This document shows, one piece after another, positions 19,997 through 32,350 of a DNA stretch of 64,000 nt. How positions within the stretch are numbered: the stretch's first letter is position 1; the number at the start of each line of letters is the position of its first letter. Source of the stretch: an uncultured delta proteobacterium. GTDB lineage: Bacteria; Desulfobacterota; Binatia; Binatales; Binataceae. The stretch spans positions 224,001-288,000 of the forward strand of contig CAVQEQ010000001.1 of NCBI GenBank assembly GCA_963711565.1, read 5' to 3'. The notes below the pieces were generated by a model. It saw only the letters and a program-made list of their open reading frames with translations. It had not been told where the DNA came from and did no database searches. The position numbers were made by a program, and so were the translations under genes.

Positions 19997-22413
19997 AGCT
20001 GCCGCTCAGTTGGATGCGCGACTTCGTCAGCGTCGATGCGCCGGTCGAGGAAATTTCGCGGCGGCTAAGTTACGCGGGGCTGGTGGTCGAGCATGTCGAG
20101 CAACTCAAACCGGGATTCGCGGGCGTGTTTGCGGCGCGCGTGATCAACGTCGAGAAGCATCCCAATGCGGATCGGCTGAATCTTTGCGACGTTGACGCTG
20201 GCGAGAAAGGCAAATTCAAAGTCGTGTGCGGCGCGCCGAACGTCAAGGCAGGCATGGTCGCGCCGCTCGCGCTCGTTGGCGCGCAGCTTGGCAAGGAACC
20301 GCCGCTTGAGGCAGCAGTCATTCGCGGCGTGAAGTCGGAGGGCATGCTTTGCTCGGAGCGCGAGCTCGGGCTGTCGCAGGATCACGCGGGAATTCTCGCG
20401 CTCGGCGCCAACGCGCCGCTCGGCGGCGACGTGGCCGCGTATTTGCACCTCGACGAAACCGTGCTCAACGTTGAAATCACGCCGAATCGCGGCGACTGCC
20501 TGTCGATTCTCGGACTCTCCCGTGAAGTGGCTGCATTGTTCGCGGGCAGGTTGCGCGCGCCCCGGCTGCGCGCGGCGCATTCGCCCGGCTCGTCCGACAG
20601 TGCGCAAGTTTCGATTTCGGTTTCAATCGACGCGCCCGACTTGTGCCCGCGCTACGCCGCACTCGCGATGACCGGGATCAAGATCGGTCCGTCTCCCGCA
20701 TGGCTCAAGCGGCGCCTGGAACTGTGCGGGATGCGCGCGCTGAACAACGTCGTCGATGCGACCAACTACGTGATGCTCGAACTCGGGCAGCCGTTGCACG
20801 CGTTCGACTTCGGCAAGATCGCGAATGGCAAGATCGTCGTGCGACGCGCGGGCGAGACGCGCGAGTTCGTCACGCTCGACAACGTCACGCGCACGCTGGA
20901 TCCGAACGACCTGCTGATCGCTGACGGCGACAAGCCGCTCGCGATTGCGGGCGTGATGGGCGGCCTCAATTCCGAAGTCAGCGATTCGACACAAACTATC
21001 TTGCTCGAGAGCGCGTACTTCGAGCCGATGACCGTCGCGCGCACCGCGCGTCGGCTGGGATTGCGCAGCGAGGCGAGTTACCGCTTCGAACGCGGCATCG
21101 ATCGGGCAGGACAGGTCGGCGCATTGATTCGCGCCGCCGAATTGATCCGCAAAATCGCGCGCGGACGCGAGGCATCGCCGATCGCGGACTTCGAGCCGCG
21201 CAAAGCCGAGCCGCGCGAGATTGCTCTCGACCTCGGCGCGATGGAGTCGCTGCTCGGCGCCTCGATCCCGCCCACTGTCGCACGGAGCCGGCTCAAATCT
21301 CTCGGCGCGCAGGTGAGCACACGCGCCAAAGGGATTCTCGCCGTGGTGCCGCCGTCGTTCCGCTCCGACCTGGTCGAGCAAGCCGACCTTATCGAGGAAG
21401 TCGCGCGCCTGGGCGGTCTCGAGGACATCCCTGCCCGGTTACCGGAGCGCCTGAGTGCGCTGGCTCCCGTCAATCGCGAGCGCGAGTTCATCAAGGGTAC
21501 GCGCGAGGTGATGCTTGGGTGCGGCCTGACCGAGGCCGCGACCATCGCGTTCATCGCGCCCGCCGACAATGCGCGGTTTCCGGGTATTCAAGCGGCGCCC
21601 CGCCCCGTTAAAGTGACCAATCCGTTGTCCGCGGAACTCAGCGAGCTGCGCGTCAGCCTGATGCCGGGACTGGTCACCTCGCTCCGCTTCAACTTGAATC
21701 GCGAGGCGCGCGCCTTTCATGCGTTTGAAATCGGCAAGATCTTCCGCATGAACGGCGACATCGCGACTGAGCATCAGCACATCGCCGCCGTCAGCTATGG
21801 ACCGTACGCGCTCTCCGCAATCGGCGAGCAAAGCGTCGCGGCGGGATTTTTTTCGATCAAGGGAATTCTCGAGACCTACTTCGACGCTATCGGAATTTCG
21901 CCGCGCGTGACCTACAAGGCGATCGAACCTGCCGATGCGCCGTTCCTGCATCCGGGGCGCAGCGCTATCGTCTCGCTCGACGAAGCGCCCATCGGTTTGA
22001 TCGGCGAGTTGCATCCGGCGGAGGCGATGCGTCTCGATCTGAACGAACCGTGCGCGGTGTACGAACTTGACTTGAGTGGTCTCATTGCCTATGGTTTCTC
22101 GCCGCGCAAAACTTTCCAGCCGCCGCCAAAATTTCCCGCTATCAGGCGTGATTTGGCCTTGGTGCTGGATCGGAATTTCCCGGCGGATATGGTAGTCAAG
22201 ACCATCCGGGAATGCGGCGCGTCGCTGTTGGAGAGCGTCGAGGTGTTCGACGTGTACGAGGGGACCGCAGTGGCCGCCGGCAAGAAGAGCGTGGCGTTGG
22301 CTTGTCGTTACCGTGCAAAGGATCGCACGCTGACTGATGAGGAGGTTAACCGCATTCATGCCGTGCTGGTGGAGCAGGCGCGGATGCGATTAGGGGCGGA
22401 GTTGCGGCAGTAA
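19993..22413 (+). CDS. pheT: Phenylalanine--tRNA ligase beta subunit
   Basis: HPNADRL, VCGAPN, SEGMLCS, TPNRGDCLS, GQPLHAFD, RTLTDEEV. Confidence 0.97.
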
Positions 22414-22457
22414 AGCGTGCCTAACGCGAGCGGGTGGGGATCGTTACGCCGCAGGGC

Positions 22458-22751
22458 ATGACTAAAGCCGATCTTGTAGATCTGATCTACGAGCGGGTAG
22501 GCTCCTCGAAGAAGGAAGCCTGTGAAGTGGTCGAAGCGGTGTTCGCGATCATCAGGGATTCATTGCGCCAGGGTCAGAAAGTGAAAATTTCTGGCTTCGG
22601 CACTTTTCTCGTCAATCAGAAACATGCGCGCCGCGGGCGCAATCCGCAGACCGGCGAGCCGATCACGATCGATTCGCGCCGCGTGTTGTCCTTCAAGCCG
22701 AGCCAGGTGTTGAAGGAGCGCGTCAACAACGGCTCGAAGCCGGGGGTATGA
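22458..22751 (+). CDS. ihfA: Integration host factor subunit alpha
   Basis: MTKADLV, VKISGFG, RRGRNPQTGE; follows pheT. Confidence 0.9.
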   Translation: MTKADLVDLIYERVGSSKKEACEVVEAVFAIIRDSLRQGQKVKISGFGTFLVNQKHARRGRNPQTGEPITIDSRRVLSFKPSQVLKERVNNGSKPGV

Positions 22752-23236
22752 CGCCGATGCCGCGCCCGCGCCCGCCATTAGTTCGGCGGCAAAAACCTGC
22801 CCCACAAAAGCCCGCCATGCAGAAACCAGGGACGATGCCCATGTTTCCCGAGCGCGGGCTGAAAATCGGCGAAGCGGCGCGAGCGCTCGGCGTCGAGACC
22901 TACGTGCTGCGCTTCTGGGAAACCCAGTTTCCCTTCCTGAAACCCAAGCATACGCGCACCAAGCATCGCTTCTACCAGGAAAAAGACCTCGACGTGCTGC
23001 GGCTCATCAAGCGCCTGCTACACGACGAGGGCTTCACGATCGTCGGCGCCAACAAGCACATCAAGGAATTCGGCGTCAACGCATTAATGAGCGGCAAGCC
23101 GTTGCCGAAGAATGCGGCGGCGTCATCGGAGCGGGCGTCGTCGTCGCAATCGCCGGGCGTAGACGGTCAAACCCGCCGGGTACTGAACGAGGTCCGCCGC
23201 GACCTCGAATCGATCCACAAAATTCTGGAAGATTGA
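22748..23236 (+). CDS. MerR-family transcriptional regulator (ihfA-linked)
   Basis: KIGEAA...YVLRFWETQF...LLHDEGFTI. Confidence 0.9.
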   Translation: MTPMPRPRPPLVRRQKPAPQKPAMQKPGTMPMFPERGLKIGEAARALGVETYVLRFWETQFPFLKPKHTRTKHRFYQEKDLDVLRLIKRLLHDEGFTIVGANKHIKEFGVNALMSGKPLPKNAAASSERASSSQSPGVDGQTRRVLNEVRRDLESIHKILED

Positions 23237-23242
23237 TTCGCG

Positions 23243-23641
23243 CTATTTCCGAAGTTGGACGGTGCCCTTGGGACCGTCGTATGTGAGCACGCAATTGCGC
23301 AGTTGATTCCTTCCTAGGACCGCTTGCCTGCCGCCCAAATCATCGAGAACGACTTCAGTGAGTTCGCGCAAATTCAGTCCGACAATTTCTACTTCGGCCA
23401 GAAAAATATCGGACGAGAATCCTCCGCCTGCACCAGCAAATTGAGCGGCGGCTACCAGCGGAAGGGGAGCCCATCCCTGAAGCTGGCTGCTCTCGACGAA
23501 GGTCAGTTGCGAAGCCGTATCGATCAGTGCGTCTAACACGATCTCACGACCATCAACTGGCGACCTGACAACGATCTTGATCGTGGCACCGTGTTGGACC
23601 AGCGCCGCTGAAGAACCGGGGCCGGAGCTTACGGTCGCCAA
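23243..23641 (-). CDS. Retropepsin-like (clan AA) aspartyl protease
   Basis: ALIDTAS catalytic motif and VLGRN...LTYDG C-terminal motif. Confidence 0.75.
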   Translation of the reverse strand: MATVSSGPGSSAALVQHGATIKIVVRSPVDGREIVLDALIDTASQLTFVESSQLQGWAPLPLVAAAQFAGAGGGFSSDIFLAEVEIVGLNLRELTEVVLDDLGGRQAVLGRNQLRNCVLTYDGPKGTVQLRK

Positions 23642-23645
23642 AGGG

Positions 23646-23918
23646 TTAGCGATGGCTCAAATGACGAGCGCTGTCGGGGTCTAGGCCGATAGGGCGCCCG
23701 ATTTGCTGGATGAGAAATGGGCCTGTTTTGGATTTGGCTAGCGCGGCTCTCCCCGCGGAATCGAAGTCTGGATATACGCCGACAAACTTACCCTCGAAAA
23801 ACAATGCGAACTCGTCGAGGTGTGTCCGCTCCAACTCCTCGCGGCGTTGTTCAAACGCTGCGATCTCCGGGTCGAGCACATGCGCCCCAACAGGATCATT
23901 CCGCTTGCTGACCTGCAT
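23646..23918 (-). CDS. DUF5678-like small protein (start uncertain)
   Basis: EIAAFEQRREELERTHLDEFALFFEGKFVGVY...GPFLIQQI; directly upstream of the protease. Confidence 0.65.
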   Translation of the reverse strand: MQVSKRNDPVGAHVLDPEIAAFEQRREELERTHLDEFALFFEGKFVGVYPDFDSAGRAALAKSKTGPFLIQQIGRPIGLDPDSARHLSHR

Positions 23919-23999
23919 ACACTGATAGTTTATTCGATTCCTCAAGAAATCGCTACGACGTTGACCCGTATAGCTGCCAGCGCGGGCGTTTCTGAGGAC

Positions 24000-26504
24000 T
24001 TACTCGGCGATGCGTTCTTGCGAGGCTAACTGCGCGCGCGCGCGTTTGTTCGCGGATGCCGTAGCTTCCGCAGTCGAAGGCTGACGTACCAGTACGCCGA
24101 GCGGGGCGAGATTCAGTTCGGTGGCGCATTCCTCGGTCGCGCGATGTGCGATTCGTCCGGCCTCGACCAGCTCGGATGCAATGCATACTGCGCCGGCTAT
24201 TGTGAGCGCTCCCAGGCCGAGCGCTATTTCGGGAAGTCCCGCGATTGCCGCGGCCGCCGCGCTCAGCACACCCGCTGCCAGAGCTATCGTCGAAATTCGA
24301 GTGAACTTTATTCGCGCCAGCACGTGATTGGTGACTTTGCCTGCCTCGTGCTCTTCATCCGCCGTCTTGAGCTCGATTCGCGTCCACGGATTCGGCCGCA
24401 CTTCAAGGTCGTAATCGTTCCAGCCCGCATCGACGATCGCGCCATGGCCGGTGCGCGCGAACAGCTTCAGCATCTTGTCCATCATGCGGTCGCGCGTGAT
24501 GCTCTCGTTGTTCCAGTAGTCCAGCCGCACGGTGCGCCGGAGCCAGTTGATCGTCGGGCGCTGGCGCACGCCGTCTTCGCCGCCGAGTCCGGTCAGAGCT
24601 TTCGCCCGCGTCTTGTAGCGCGTCATCGTTCGCACCATCGGCCCCGTGTAAGCGAGATACGCGATCAGAAGTCGCGCGGTAAAACTTTCGTGAAATTTGT
24701 CGAGCGGCGCGTGCCACGCATAGTAGAGCGCCCAGATTGGCCCCAGCGCGAGCATCGCGGCCGCGGGGATAATCGAAACGCCAAGCACGAGCGACGCGAC
24801 CAGAACTACTGCCGAGAGCACGGTCCATTCGAGCGTCTGCGGCAGAACTTTGAGCAGCGTCAGGCCGGGATCGAAAATCGACTGCGCACCCGCGGTCGCG
24901 TTCCACAACACGCGTTTGCGATTGCCGCCGGGAATCGTGCGCGCGAGACCGGGAATCGTGCCGCGCCAAGCGATTTGGCCCATCACGTTGAACCGCTCGG
25001 GATATTTCGGAAACAGCATCGCCTCGGCGCGTCCGTAGCCGCGCTGCTGCCCGTAGTAAGCTTTCACCGTGTTGCGGCGGAAGTGCCACACGAAGGCGGC
25101 CGGCGAGAAGCCCAGTTTGTAGCCCGCGGCAAGCATCCGCCAGCAGATATCAACGTCGTCGCCCGCGGCCGTGAACTGCGGATCGAAGCCGCCGATCTTC
25201 GCGAGCGCGGCCTTCGAGAACACCATGTTGCAGCCCGCGAGATGCTCGGCGCGATCCTCGGCGACCAGCACGTGACAGGGCGCGCCCGGCGACGCGGCGC
25301 AGCTTGCTTCGACCCATCCGTCTTCGTGCGGCGCGTAGTTCGGTCCGCCGCATCCATCGAAGTCGTTTTCGACCATCGAGCGAACCATCAGCGTCAGCCA
25401 ATGCGGATCGACGACGCAGTCGGAATCGGTGTAGGCGATAATCTCGCCGCGCGCCGCATGCATCCCGACGTTGCGCGCGACGCTCAGTCCCTTGTTGGGT
25501 TGGCCAATCAGGCGGAACTCGGGGAAGTCCATCGAGATGTCAGCGGTCTTGTCGCGCGAGCCGTCATCGACGATGACGACTTCGAAGTTCGGGTAGTCGA
25601 GGCGCCGCAACGACTCCAGGCAAGGACGCATCGTGCGCTCGGCGTTGTATGCGCATATCACGACCGACACCATCGGCATAGTCGCGGGCCGCGGCGGGCA
25701 GGTGCCGTTGAGCGTCACGAACGGCATCAGGTCCGACGCGCGCATCATGCGCACGCCGAGCCAGTCGTGAGAAACCGGAGCAGGAACGCGAGGAGCAACC
25801 ACGCCGGCCGCACCCGTACCAAACGCCACTGCCACAGCCTCGTCCTGCCCCGGCGATGCATCCTTGAACTCAATCACCACCGGTCGCGCTTCCGCGACGT
25901 TGTGCAAGGCGACGACGAAATCTCGAATCTGAACGGGCGCGAGCGCCGGAATTTCCGCGTAGAGAAAATCTTCTTCGAGAATCGAGAGTGCGCGCGTTTC
26001 CGGCCGCACCTTTATTCCGACGATTGCTTCCGGCGCGTGTTCCTTGATCGTCTTCACGACGCCGCGCACTCGTCGCCGCGCGTTTTCGAGTCCGCCCGCA
26101 CGCAACGCGTCCTGGCCGATCTCAAAATCGACAATGTAACCGACGAGCGCAGGATGCTTTCCAAAAATATTTGCGGTATGCGCGACTCGCGAGACCACGG
26201 CCTTGAATCCACGGCGGCTCATCAGTTCGTCCGCCATGATTCTCAGTTCGATCATCGCGACCAATCCCGACTGCGCCGCGATATCGAGGCATGGCTGCGA
26301 ATTCGCCTCCGTCAGCACCAGGCCGGTCGTGTGCGACGCCCTGAGATCGTCGAGCCGTTTTCGTAGTTTGAGCTTCTGTGCGAAATCGAGCGATCCGCTC
26401 ACGTCTGCGAGCCGCATCGCTTTGAAAAAGAATTTTTGTCCTGCGCGAGAAAGGAACTTACCGTGGGGGGTGACGCGTTGGCTGGAACAGGTACTGGTAA
26501 GCAT
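24000..26504 (-). CDS. Family 2 glycosyltransferase with N-terminal GH-like domain and C-terminal TM region
   Basis: VSVVICAYN, VDDGS, GLSVARN, YTDSD, GDDVD, QQRGYG. Confidence 0.88.
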   Translation of the reverse strand: MLTSTCSSQRVTPHGKFLSRAGQKFFFKAMRLADVSGSLDFAQKLKLRKRLDDLRASHTTGLVLTEANSQPCLDIAAQSGLVAMIELRIMADELMSRRGFKAVVSRVAHTANIFGKHPALVGYIVDFEIGQDALRAGGLENARRRVRGVVKTIKEHAPEAIVGIKVRPETRALSILEEDFLYAEIPALAPVQIRDFVVALHNVAEARPVVIEFKDASPGQDEAVAVAFGTGAAGVVAPRVPAPVSHDWLGVRMMRASDLMPFVTLNGTCPPRPATMPMVSVVICAYNAERTMRPCLESLRRLDYPNFEVVIVDDGSRDKTADISMDFPEFRLIGQPNKGLSVARNVGMHAARGEIIAYTDSDCVVDPHWLTLMVRSMVENDFDGCGGPNYAPHEDGWVEASCAASPGAPCHVLVAEDRAEHLAGCNMVFSKAALAKIGGFDPQFTAAGDDVDICWRMLAAGYKLGFSPAAFVWHFRRNTVKAYYGQQRGYGRAEAMLFPKYPERFNVMGQIAWRGTIPGLARTIPGGNRKRVLWNATAGAQSIFDPGLTLLKVLPQTLEWTVLSAVVLVASLVLGVSIIPAAAMLALGPIWALYYAWHAPLDKFHESFTARLLIAYLAYTGPMVRTMTRYKTRAKALTGLGGEDGVRQRPTINWLRRTVRLDYWNNESITRDRMMDKMLKLFARTGHGAIVDAGWNDYDLEVRPNPWTRIELKTADEEHEAGKVTNHVLARIKFTRISTIALAAGVLSAAAAAIAGLPEIALGLGALTIAGAVCIASELVEAGRIAHRATEECATELNLAPLGVLVRQPSTAEATASANKRARAQLASQERIAE

Positions 26505-26534
26505 GGATTTGGCTGTCCTCGATGAGGACCTAAT

Positions 26535-26550
26535 TGCCAGAGCCGTGCCA
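26535..26550 (-). promoter_or_regulatory. Sigma54 (-24/-12) promoter of the glycosyltransferase
   Basis: Minus-strand TGGCACGGCTCTGGCA (GG-N10-GC), 30 bp upstream of ATG, GAGGA RBS between. Confidence 0.7.
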
Positions 26551-26779
26551 TCGGAAAAATCCAGCTATTATAGGGCATATTCGGCCAAGCGCCGCCCAGC
26601 ACAAACCAATTGGTATGCCCTCTGTACGATTTGCGCCGGGGCCGTCCGGCATCGCAATTCGCACGGTGTAAAATCAGGCAGGATGCTGCCCCAATGCACA
26701 CGCTAGATTGGTTATTTTGCGAATGTTATAGCTCAGACCAGATATCAACAGTGAAATCTCCCCGCCGGGTTTTACCGCA

Positions 26780-28516
26780 ATGAAACTATCGCTCGCCTGT
26801 GGATGCTGCAGACCGTCAAAGTCGAAGATACATCGCGAAACAAACGATCCGCCGATTGAGGCGACTCCCGAAGAGCTTCTGGCAATAAGGGGCCAGCTCG
26901 CCGAAATCGAACAATCGCTCTCACGACTGTGGGGCGAGACGATCTGGAGCCGCACGCCGGAGTGCATCCAGATTCGCGCCGAGGCCGCCGACCTGATCGA
27001 CCGGCACTTCGACGGCATCGTCGATCAGTGGGGAGAAGCGATTACCGCAATCATCCACGGGCACTCGCAGCACGAGGAGAACAACCGCAAAGACAGCAAA
27101 GACACCATGGTCAACTCTCTCATCCGCTTCATTGACCATCTGCGCGATCCCGACAATGTCTGCACCTACGTTTACCTGCGCCGGCATTGCCAGGAAGGGA
27201 TGCTCGCGCGGGCCAAGCCGTCTCAGTTCAACGTCATCCACATCGCACTCAAACAAATAGTTCTCAATCACATTAAATCCACGATGACCGGTCCCGCGAT
27301 GGAACGGGTGCGCGATCTGATGGTCGCGGCGATCGACGAGCGGCGCCTGATGGTCTCGCAGTTCTACATCGAATCGCGCGAGCGGATGCTGCGCGAATCC
27401 GAGGAGAAGTACCGCAACACCATCGACCACGCGCCGGATCCGATGTACGAGATCGAACCGCACACTTGGGTCGTGATGGGTCTGAACGCGGCCGCGCTTC
27501 GGCTCCATCAACTCGAAACCGAACACGACCATGATCACAGCAAGATGGAGATCATCGGGAAAACGGTCCCGGATTTGGTGCCACCCGAGCTGAGACAAAG
27601 CGTTGTCGACAGCCTCGAGACCGTTCTGCGCGACGGTTCGGCGCAGACCCAGGAATTCCCGGTCGGCCCGTTTTTCTTCGACGTAAATTCCGCGCTCATC
27701 ACCTACGGCAAGAAACAATTCATACAGATGATCCTGCGCGACGTTACCCAGCGGCGCGAGATGCTCGACTCCCTGCTCAAGGCCGAGCGCCTGGCCGCGG
27801 CGGGCACCTTCGCGGCGGGCGTGGCGCACGAGGTGAACAATCCGCTCGCGTCGATCTCGTCGCTGGTGCAATCGATTCTCACCGGCGAAAAAGACCCCGA
27901 GCGGCGCACCACGATGCACACCATCCTGTCGCAGATCACGCGCATCTCGAGCACGCTCAAGGACTTGGTAAATTTCGCGCGACCCACCACCGCGCAGCGC
28001 AAGCCGGTGGACGTCAACGGGCTGATCGCCGAGACGCTGCGGCTTATCACCTACAACAAGCGCTTCAGCGGTATCCGGGTCGAACCGATCCTTGCTCCCG
28101 ATCTCCGCCGCGCCTTCGCCGACGACAACGAAATTCAACAGGTGCTGCTCAACCTGCTCTTCAACGCGGCCGATGCGGCTCCGGCCGAGGGCGCCGTGAT
28201 CAAAGTGATCACCGAAAACCAGCGTCCGGGACAGGGCGGGGACAAATCGCGCCGTATCTTTATCAAGGTAGTGGACAACGGCATTGGAATCCCGCGCGAA
28301 CATCTCGAACGCGTGTTCGATCCATTCTTCACCACCAAACCCGCGGGCGCCGGCGTCGGACTCGGCCTGTCGTTGTGCCAGCGTATGATCCTCTCGAACC
28401 AGGGCACGATTCGCGTCAACAGCGAAGTCGGCCGCGGCACGGCGGTCACGATCACGCTCGGCGCTGCCGAGGAAACGGTGCGCGCGCAACAGGCCGCGGA
28501 AATGGCGGCGTCCTGA
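26780..28516 (+). CDS. Cytoplasmic sensor histidine kinase (helical N-domain, PAS, HisKA, HATPase)
   Basis: AHEVNNPL, NLLFNA, DNGIGI, FDPFFTTK, GVGLGL; no TM segment. Confidence 0.92.
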   Translation: MKLSLACGCCRPSKSKIHRETNDPPIEATPEELLAIRGQLAEIEQSLSRLWGETIWSRTPECIQIRAEAADLIDRHFDGIVDQWGEAITAIIHGHSQHEENNRKDSKDTMVNSLIRFIDHLRDPDNVCTYVYLRRHCQEGMLARAKPSQFNVIHIALKQIVLNHIKSTMTGPAMERVRDLMVAAIDERRLMVSQFYIESRERMLRESEEKYRNTIDHAPDPMYEIEPHTWVVMGLNAAALRLHQLETEHDHDHSKMEIIGKTVPDLVPPELRQSVVDSLETVLRDGSAQTQEFPVGPFFFDVNSALITYGKKQFIQMILRDVTQRREMLDSLLKAERLAAAGTFAAGVAHEVNNPLASISSLVQSILTGEKDPERRTTMHTILSQITRISSTLKDLVNFARPTTAQRKPVDVNGLIAETLRLITYNKRFSGIRVEPILAPDLRRAFADDNEIQQVLLNLLFNAADAAPAEGAVIKVITENQRPGQGGDKSRRIFIKVVDNGIGIPREHLERVFDPFFTTKPAGAGVGLGLSLCQRMILSNQGTIRVNSEVGRGTAVTITLGAAEETVRAQQAAEMAAS

Positions 28517-28526
28517 AACTGGTCCG

Positions 28527-29966
<1,440 letters not shown>

Positions 29967-30052
29967 GGGCCGGGAATAGACGTGGCAATCAGATAGTCAA
30001 GGATATAGACTTTTGAAGGGCGGACAGGACGCCTGCCGGCCCGGAGAAAAAT

Positions 30053-30268
30053 ATGGATCTCTTTGCACCGACTCATCTGCTGATCATTCTGTTGATCATT
30101 CTGGTCATCTTCGGGCCCAGCAAGCTCGGCGATGTCGGCGGCGCGATGGGCAAGGCGATTCGCGACTTCAAGCGCGCGATGAACGAGCCCGACGACGTGG
30201 CCAAGACGGTCGCGAAACCCGACGAAGCCAAGGCCGCCGAAGTCGTAAAGCCCGACAAAATTTCCTGA
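30053..30268 (+). CDS. tatA: Twin-arginine translocase TatA/E subunit
   Basis: TM + FGPSKL + GKAIRDFK. Confidence 0.92.
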   Translation: MDLFAPTHLLIILLIILVIFGPSKLGDVGGAMGKAIRDFKRAMNEPDDVAKTVAKPDEAKAAEVVKPDKIS

Positions 30269-30312
30269 CCCGCCCGCGTTCGCCGATTCCGCGATCATTC
30301 CCCTTTCTGTCT

Positions 30313-30396
30313 CCCTCGCCCTGTAAGGGCGAGTATGAAGGTGAGGGTCCGTTTACGGCGCGGCGTTTCGCGCACGATTCAAGATTCTGTTTTCTG
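30313..30396 (+). repeat. REP-like family B hairpin + GGTGAGGG + conserved tail
   Basis: CTCGCCC-N-GGGCGAG..GGTGAGGGTCC; tail CGATTCAAGATTCTG(T/C)TTTCTG shared with 61444..61553. Confidence 0.75.
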
Positions 30397-30405
30397 AGGT
30401 CCGAT

Positions 30406-31065
30406 ATGAGTACAAAAAATCCAGGGCTGGAACTGTTGGAAACAAAAGTCGATGAACTGGGTCTGCGACGAGAGGTTGAAGACGAGATTGCTCAGATTTC
30501 GATCGAGAACAACGCTCTCACGAAACGATACATCCTGACCGGTACGCCCGGGTGCGGGAAGACTTCCACCCTTCGATCGCTGGAAGTCGCGGGGTACCTC
30601 GTCATCGAAGAAGCCGCAACCAACATTATCGCTCTGCGACAGGCGCAAGGCATCGCCGAGCCATGGACGCATCCTTCCTTCATCGACGACATTACCAATC
30701 TGCAAAAGCAGCGACAGATGCAGGTAGCTGACTTGGCGTCGGGAGTGCAGTTCTACGACCGATCACCGCTATGCACCTATGCGCTCAGCGTTTGGCTCGG
30801 CTTTCCTCTTTCGAAAATTCTCGCCAATGAAATGGAACGGATAAAGCAAGAGCGGATTTATCAGATGCAGGCGTTTTTCATCGAGAACCTGGGATTCTGC
30901 GAGCCTTCAGCTGCAAGAAAGATCACCTTCGAGGATTCTCTACGGTTTGAAAAACTTCACGAGGAGACCTATCGCTCCTTCGGCTACGAATGCATAAGAG
31001 TCCCGCCACGAGAGCTATCCGCGCGAGTGGAACAAATCAGGCGCTATGTCTCTGCTGCTGGATAG
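30406..31065 (+). CDS. AAA_28-type P-loop ATPase/kinase
   Basis: YILTGTPGCGKTS, QFYDRSP, ARKITFEDSLRFE. Confidence 0.8.
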   Translation: MSTKNPGLELLETKVDELGLRREVEDEIAQISIENNALTKRYILTGTPGCGKTSTLRSLEVAGYLVIEEAATNIIALRQAQGIAEPWTHPSFIDDITNLQKQRQMQVADLASGVQFYDRSPLCTYALSVWLGFPLSKILANEMERIKQERIYQMQAFFIENLGFCEPSAARKITFEDSLRFEKLHEETYRSFGYECIRVPPRELSARVEQIRRYVSAAG

Positions 31066-31680
31066 CTACGCGGCTGGCGCGCTTGCCGCGGGGATTTGAA
31101 AGCCCGAACGTGCAAGGTAGCGCGCAGGAAAGCGGTTGTTGAATGCGAATCCCGCAATCAACAACGCCAGCGGCAGCGCAAAACTCAGTAGCGGCTTGGC
31201 CAGGTTACCGCCGACAATCACACCGATCACGGCGAAACCGATATTGACGGTCATCAATCCGCACCAGACGAGAGTCATCAGCAGGTTAAGCCGGACGAAG
31301 ATCGGATGCGTCCAGAACTCGGGCGGCGCAGTCTCGCGGGCGTAGGCTGTCGTGAAGGGGTGGCCGATCGCGACGGAGCCCCACGCCGCAAGCGCGAAGC
31401 ATGACCATGCGATGACGGCGTTGTAGACGGGGAATATCGCCGACTCCATTCCAATCGCGAGCACCGATGCGATCGCGAAAAAAGCCAGCGTGGTCCAGTC
31501 CATCAATTTGATCGAAACACCGCGAAGCCGCATCACGGCGAGATACAGCACGCACAGTATCAATCCGCCGCCGCTCGCGAGGTGCCAGTGATTAAAGCCG
31601 GACGCGAAGCCGAAGAGTACCCACGGCGCGAAGGCCATCAGGCCAATCGCACGGTCCAAGGCTTTTCTCTGTTCCGCCAT
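31066..31680 (-). CDS. Hypothetical integral membrane protein
   Basis: About 6 TM segments; PFTTAYARE...W...FVRLN motif. Confidence 0.8.
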   Translation of the reverse strand: MAEQRKALDRAIGLMAFAPWVLFGFASGFNHWHLASGGGLILCVLYLAVMRLRGVSIKLMDWTTLAFFAIASVLAIGMESAIFPVYNAVIAWSCFALAAWGSVAIGHPFTTAYARETAPPEFWTHPIFVRLNLLMTLVWCGLMTVNIGFAVIGVIVGGNLAKPLLSFALPLALLIAGFAFNNRFPARYLARSGFQIPAASAPAA

Positions 31681-31778
31681 CCACGCGTCCTACCGGCTGA
31701 CGATACCAGAGCGGCAGCACCGTGCGCGAGACTAATTCGGATCGCACAGGTCTGCCGCTCCGCGGGCGCAACAGCTTC

Positions 31779-32099
31779 TTAGTAGTTGCTGGTGCTGGTG
31801 CTCGATGAATGCTGACTCGAGTCGCCACTGGGCGAGCTGTCGCTCGACGACGATGAATGGTGCTCCGTGGCTGTGGTGGACGGCGCCTCGACTACCGCGG
31901 GCGCCGCGACGACGATCGGAGGGGGAGGGGCAACCACTATTGGGGCCACGTACGCGACCGCAGGGGCCGGCGCCGAAGTGGTGGTCTCGCTCGTCCTCGA
32001 GCTTGATGAGTCAGTGGTTTGCGCGAATCCGATCGATGCGCAGCCGAACAGGGCCGCAACACCAAAAGACAGGGCTGCAGTTTTGATTGAGTGTTTCAC
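31779..32099 (-). CDS. Secreted Ser/Thr/Pro/Ala-rich low-complexity protein
   Basis: AAGGAGA RBS, GTG start, signal peptide ending GFA-Q. Confidence 0.75.
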   Translation of the reverse strand: MKHSIKTAALSFGVAALFGCASIGFAQTTDSSSSRTSETTTSAPAPAVAYVAPIVVAPPPPIVVAAPAVVEAPSTTATEHHSSSSSDSSPSGDSSQHSSSTSTSNY

Positions 32100-32257
32100 A
32101 ATTGTGTCTCCTTTAGTTCTCTGATGACTGGTCATGTTCCAGAGTAAGGTCGCCGTCATCTAAAGGACAAGGACGCATGCGGCAGTGATCGCATTATTGC
32201 GTGCTGAGAAGAACTCGCAGCGACCATATTGAGATGCGGCGCCGGAGGAGAATTTTC

Positions 32258-32317
32258 TCTAGGTAGTCTTTCCCGGCTTTCTAGGTACTTTTCCCGACGC
32301 ATCTAGGTGATTTTCCG
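32258..32317. promoter_or_regulatory. Three phased direct repeats (22-bp period), candidate regulator operator
   Basis: TCTAGGT at 32258, 32280 and 32302, each followed by TTTCC(C)G. Confidence 0.7.
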
Positions 32318-32350
32318 ATTCACCCCGTCGCTCTTTTGCGGCAACGTGGA

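Noticed and set aside
32258-32317. 22-bp repeats as iterons or a mini-CRISPR
   Set aside because: Only three degenerate units, no rep gene, no spacers; an operator is more plausible.
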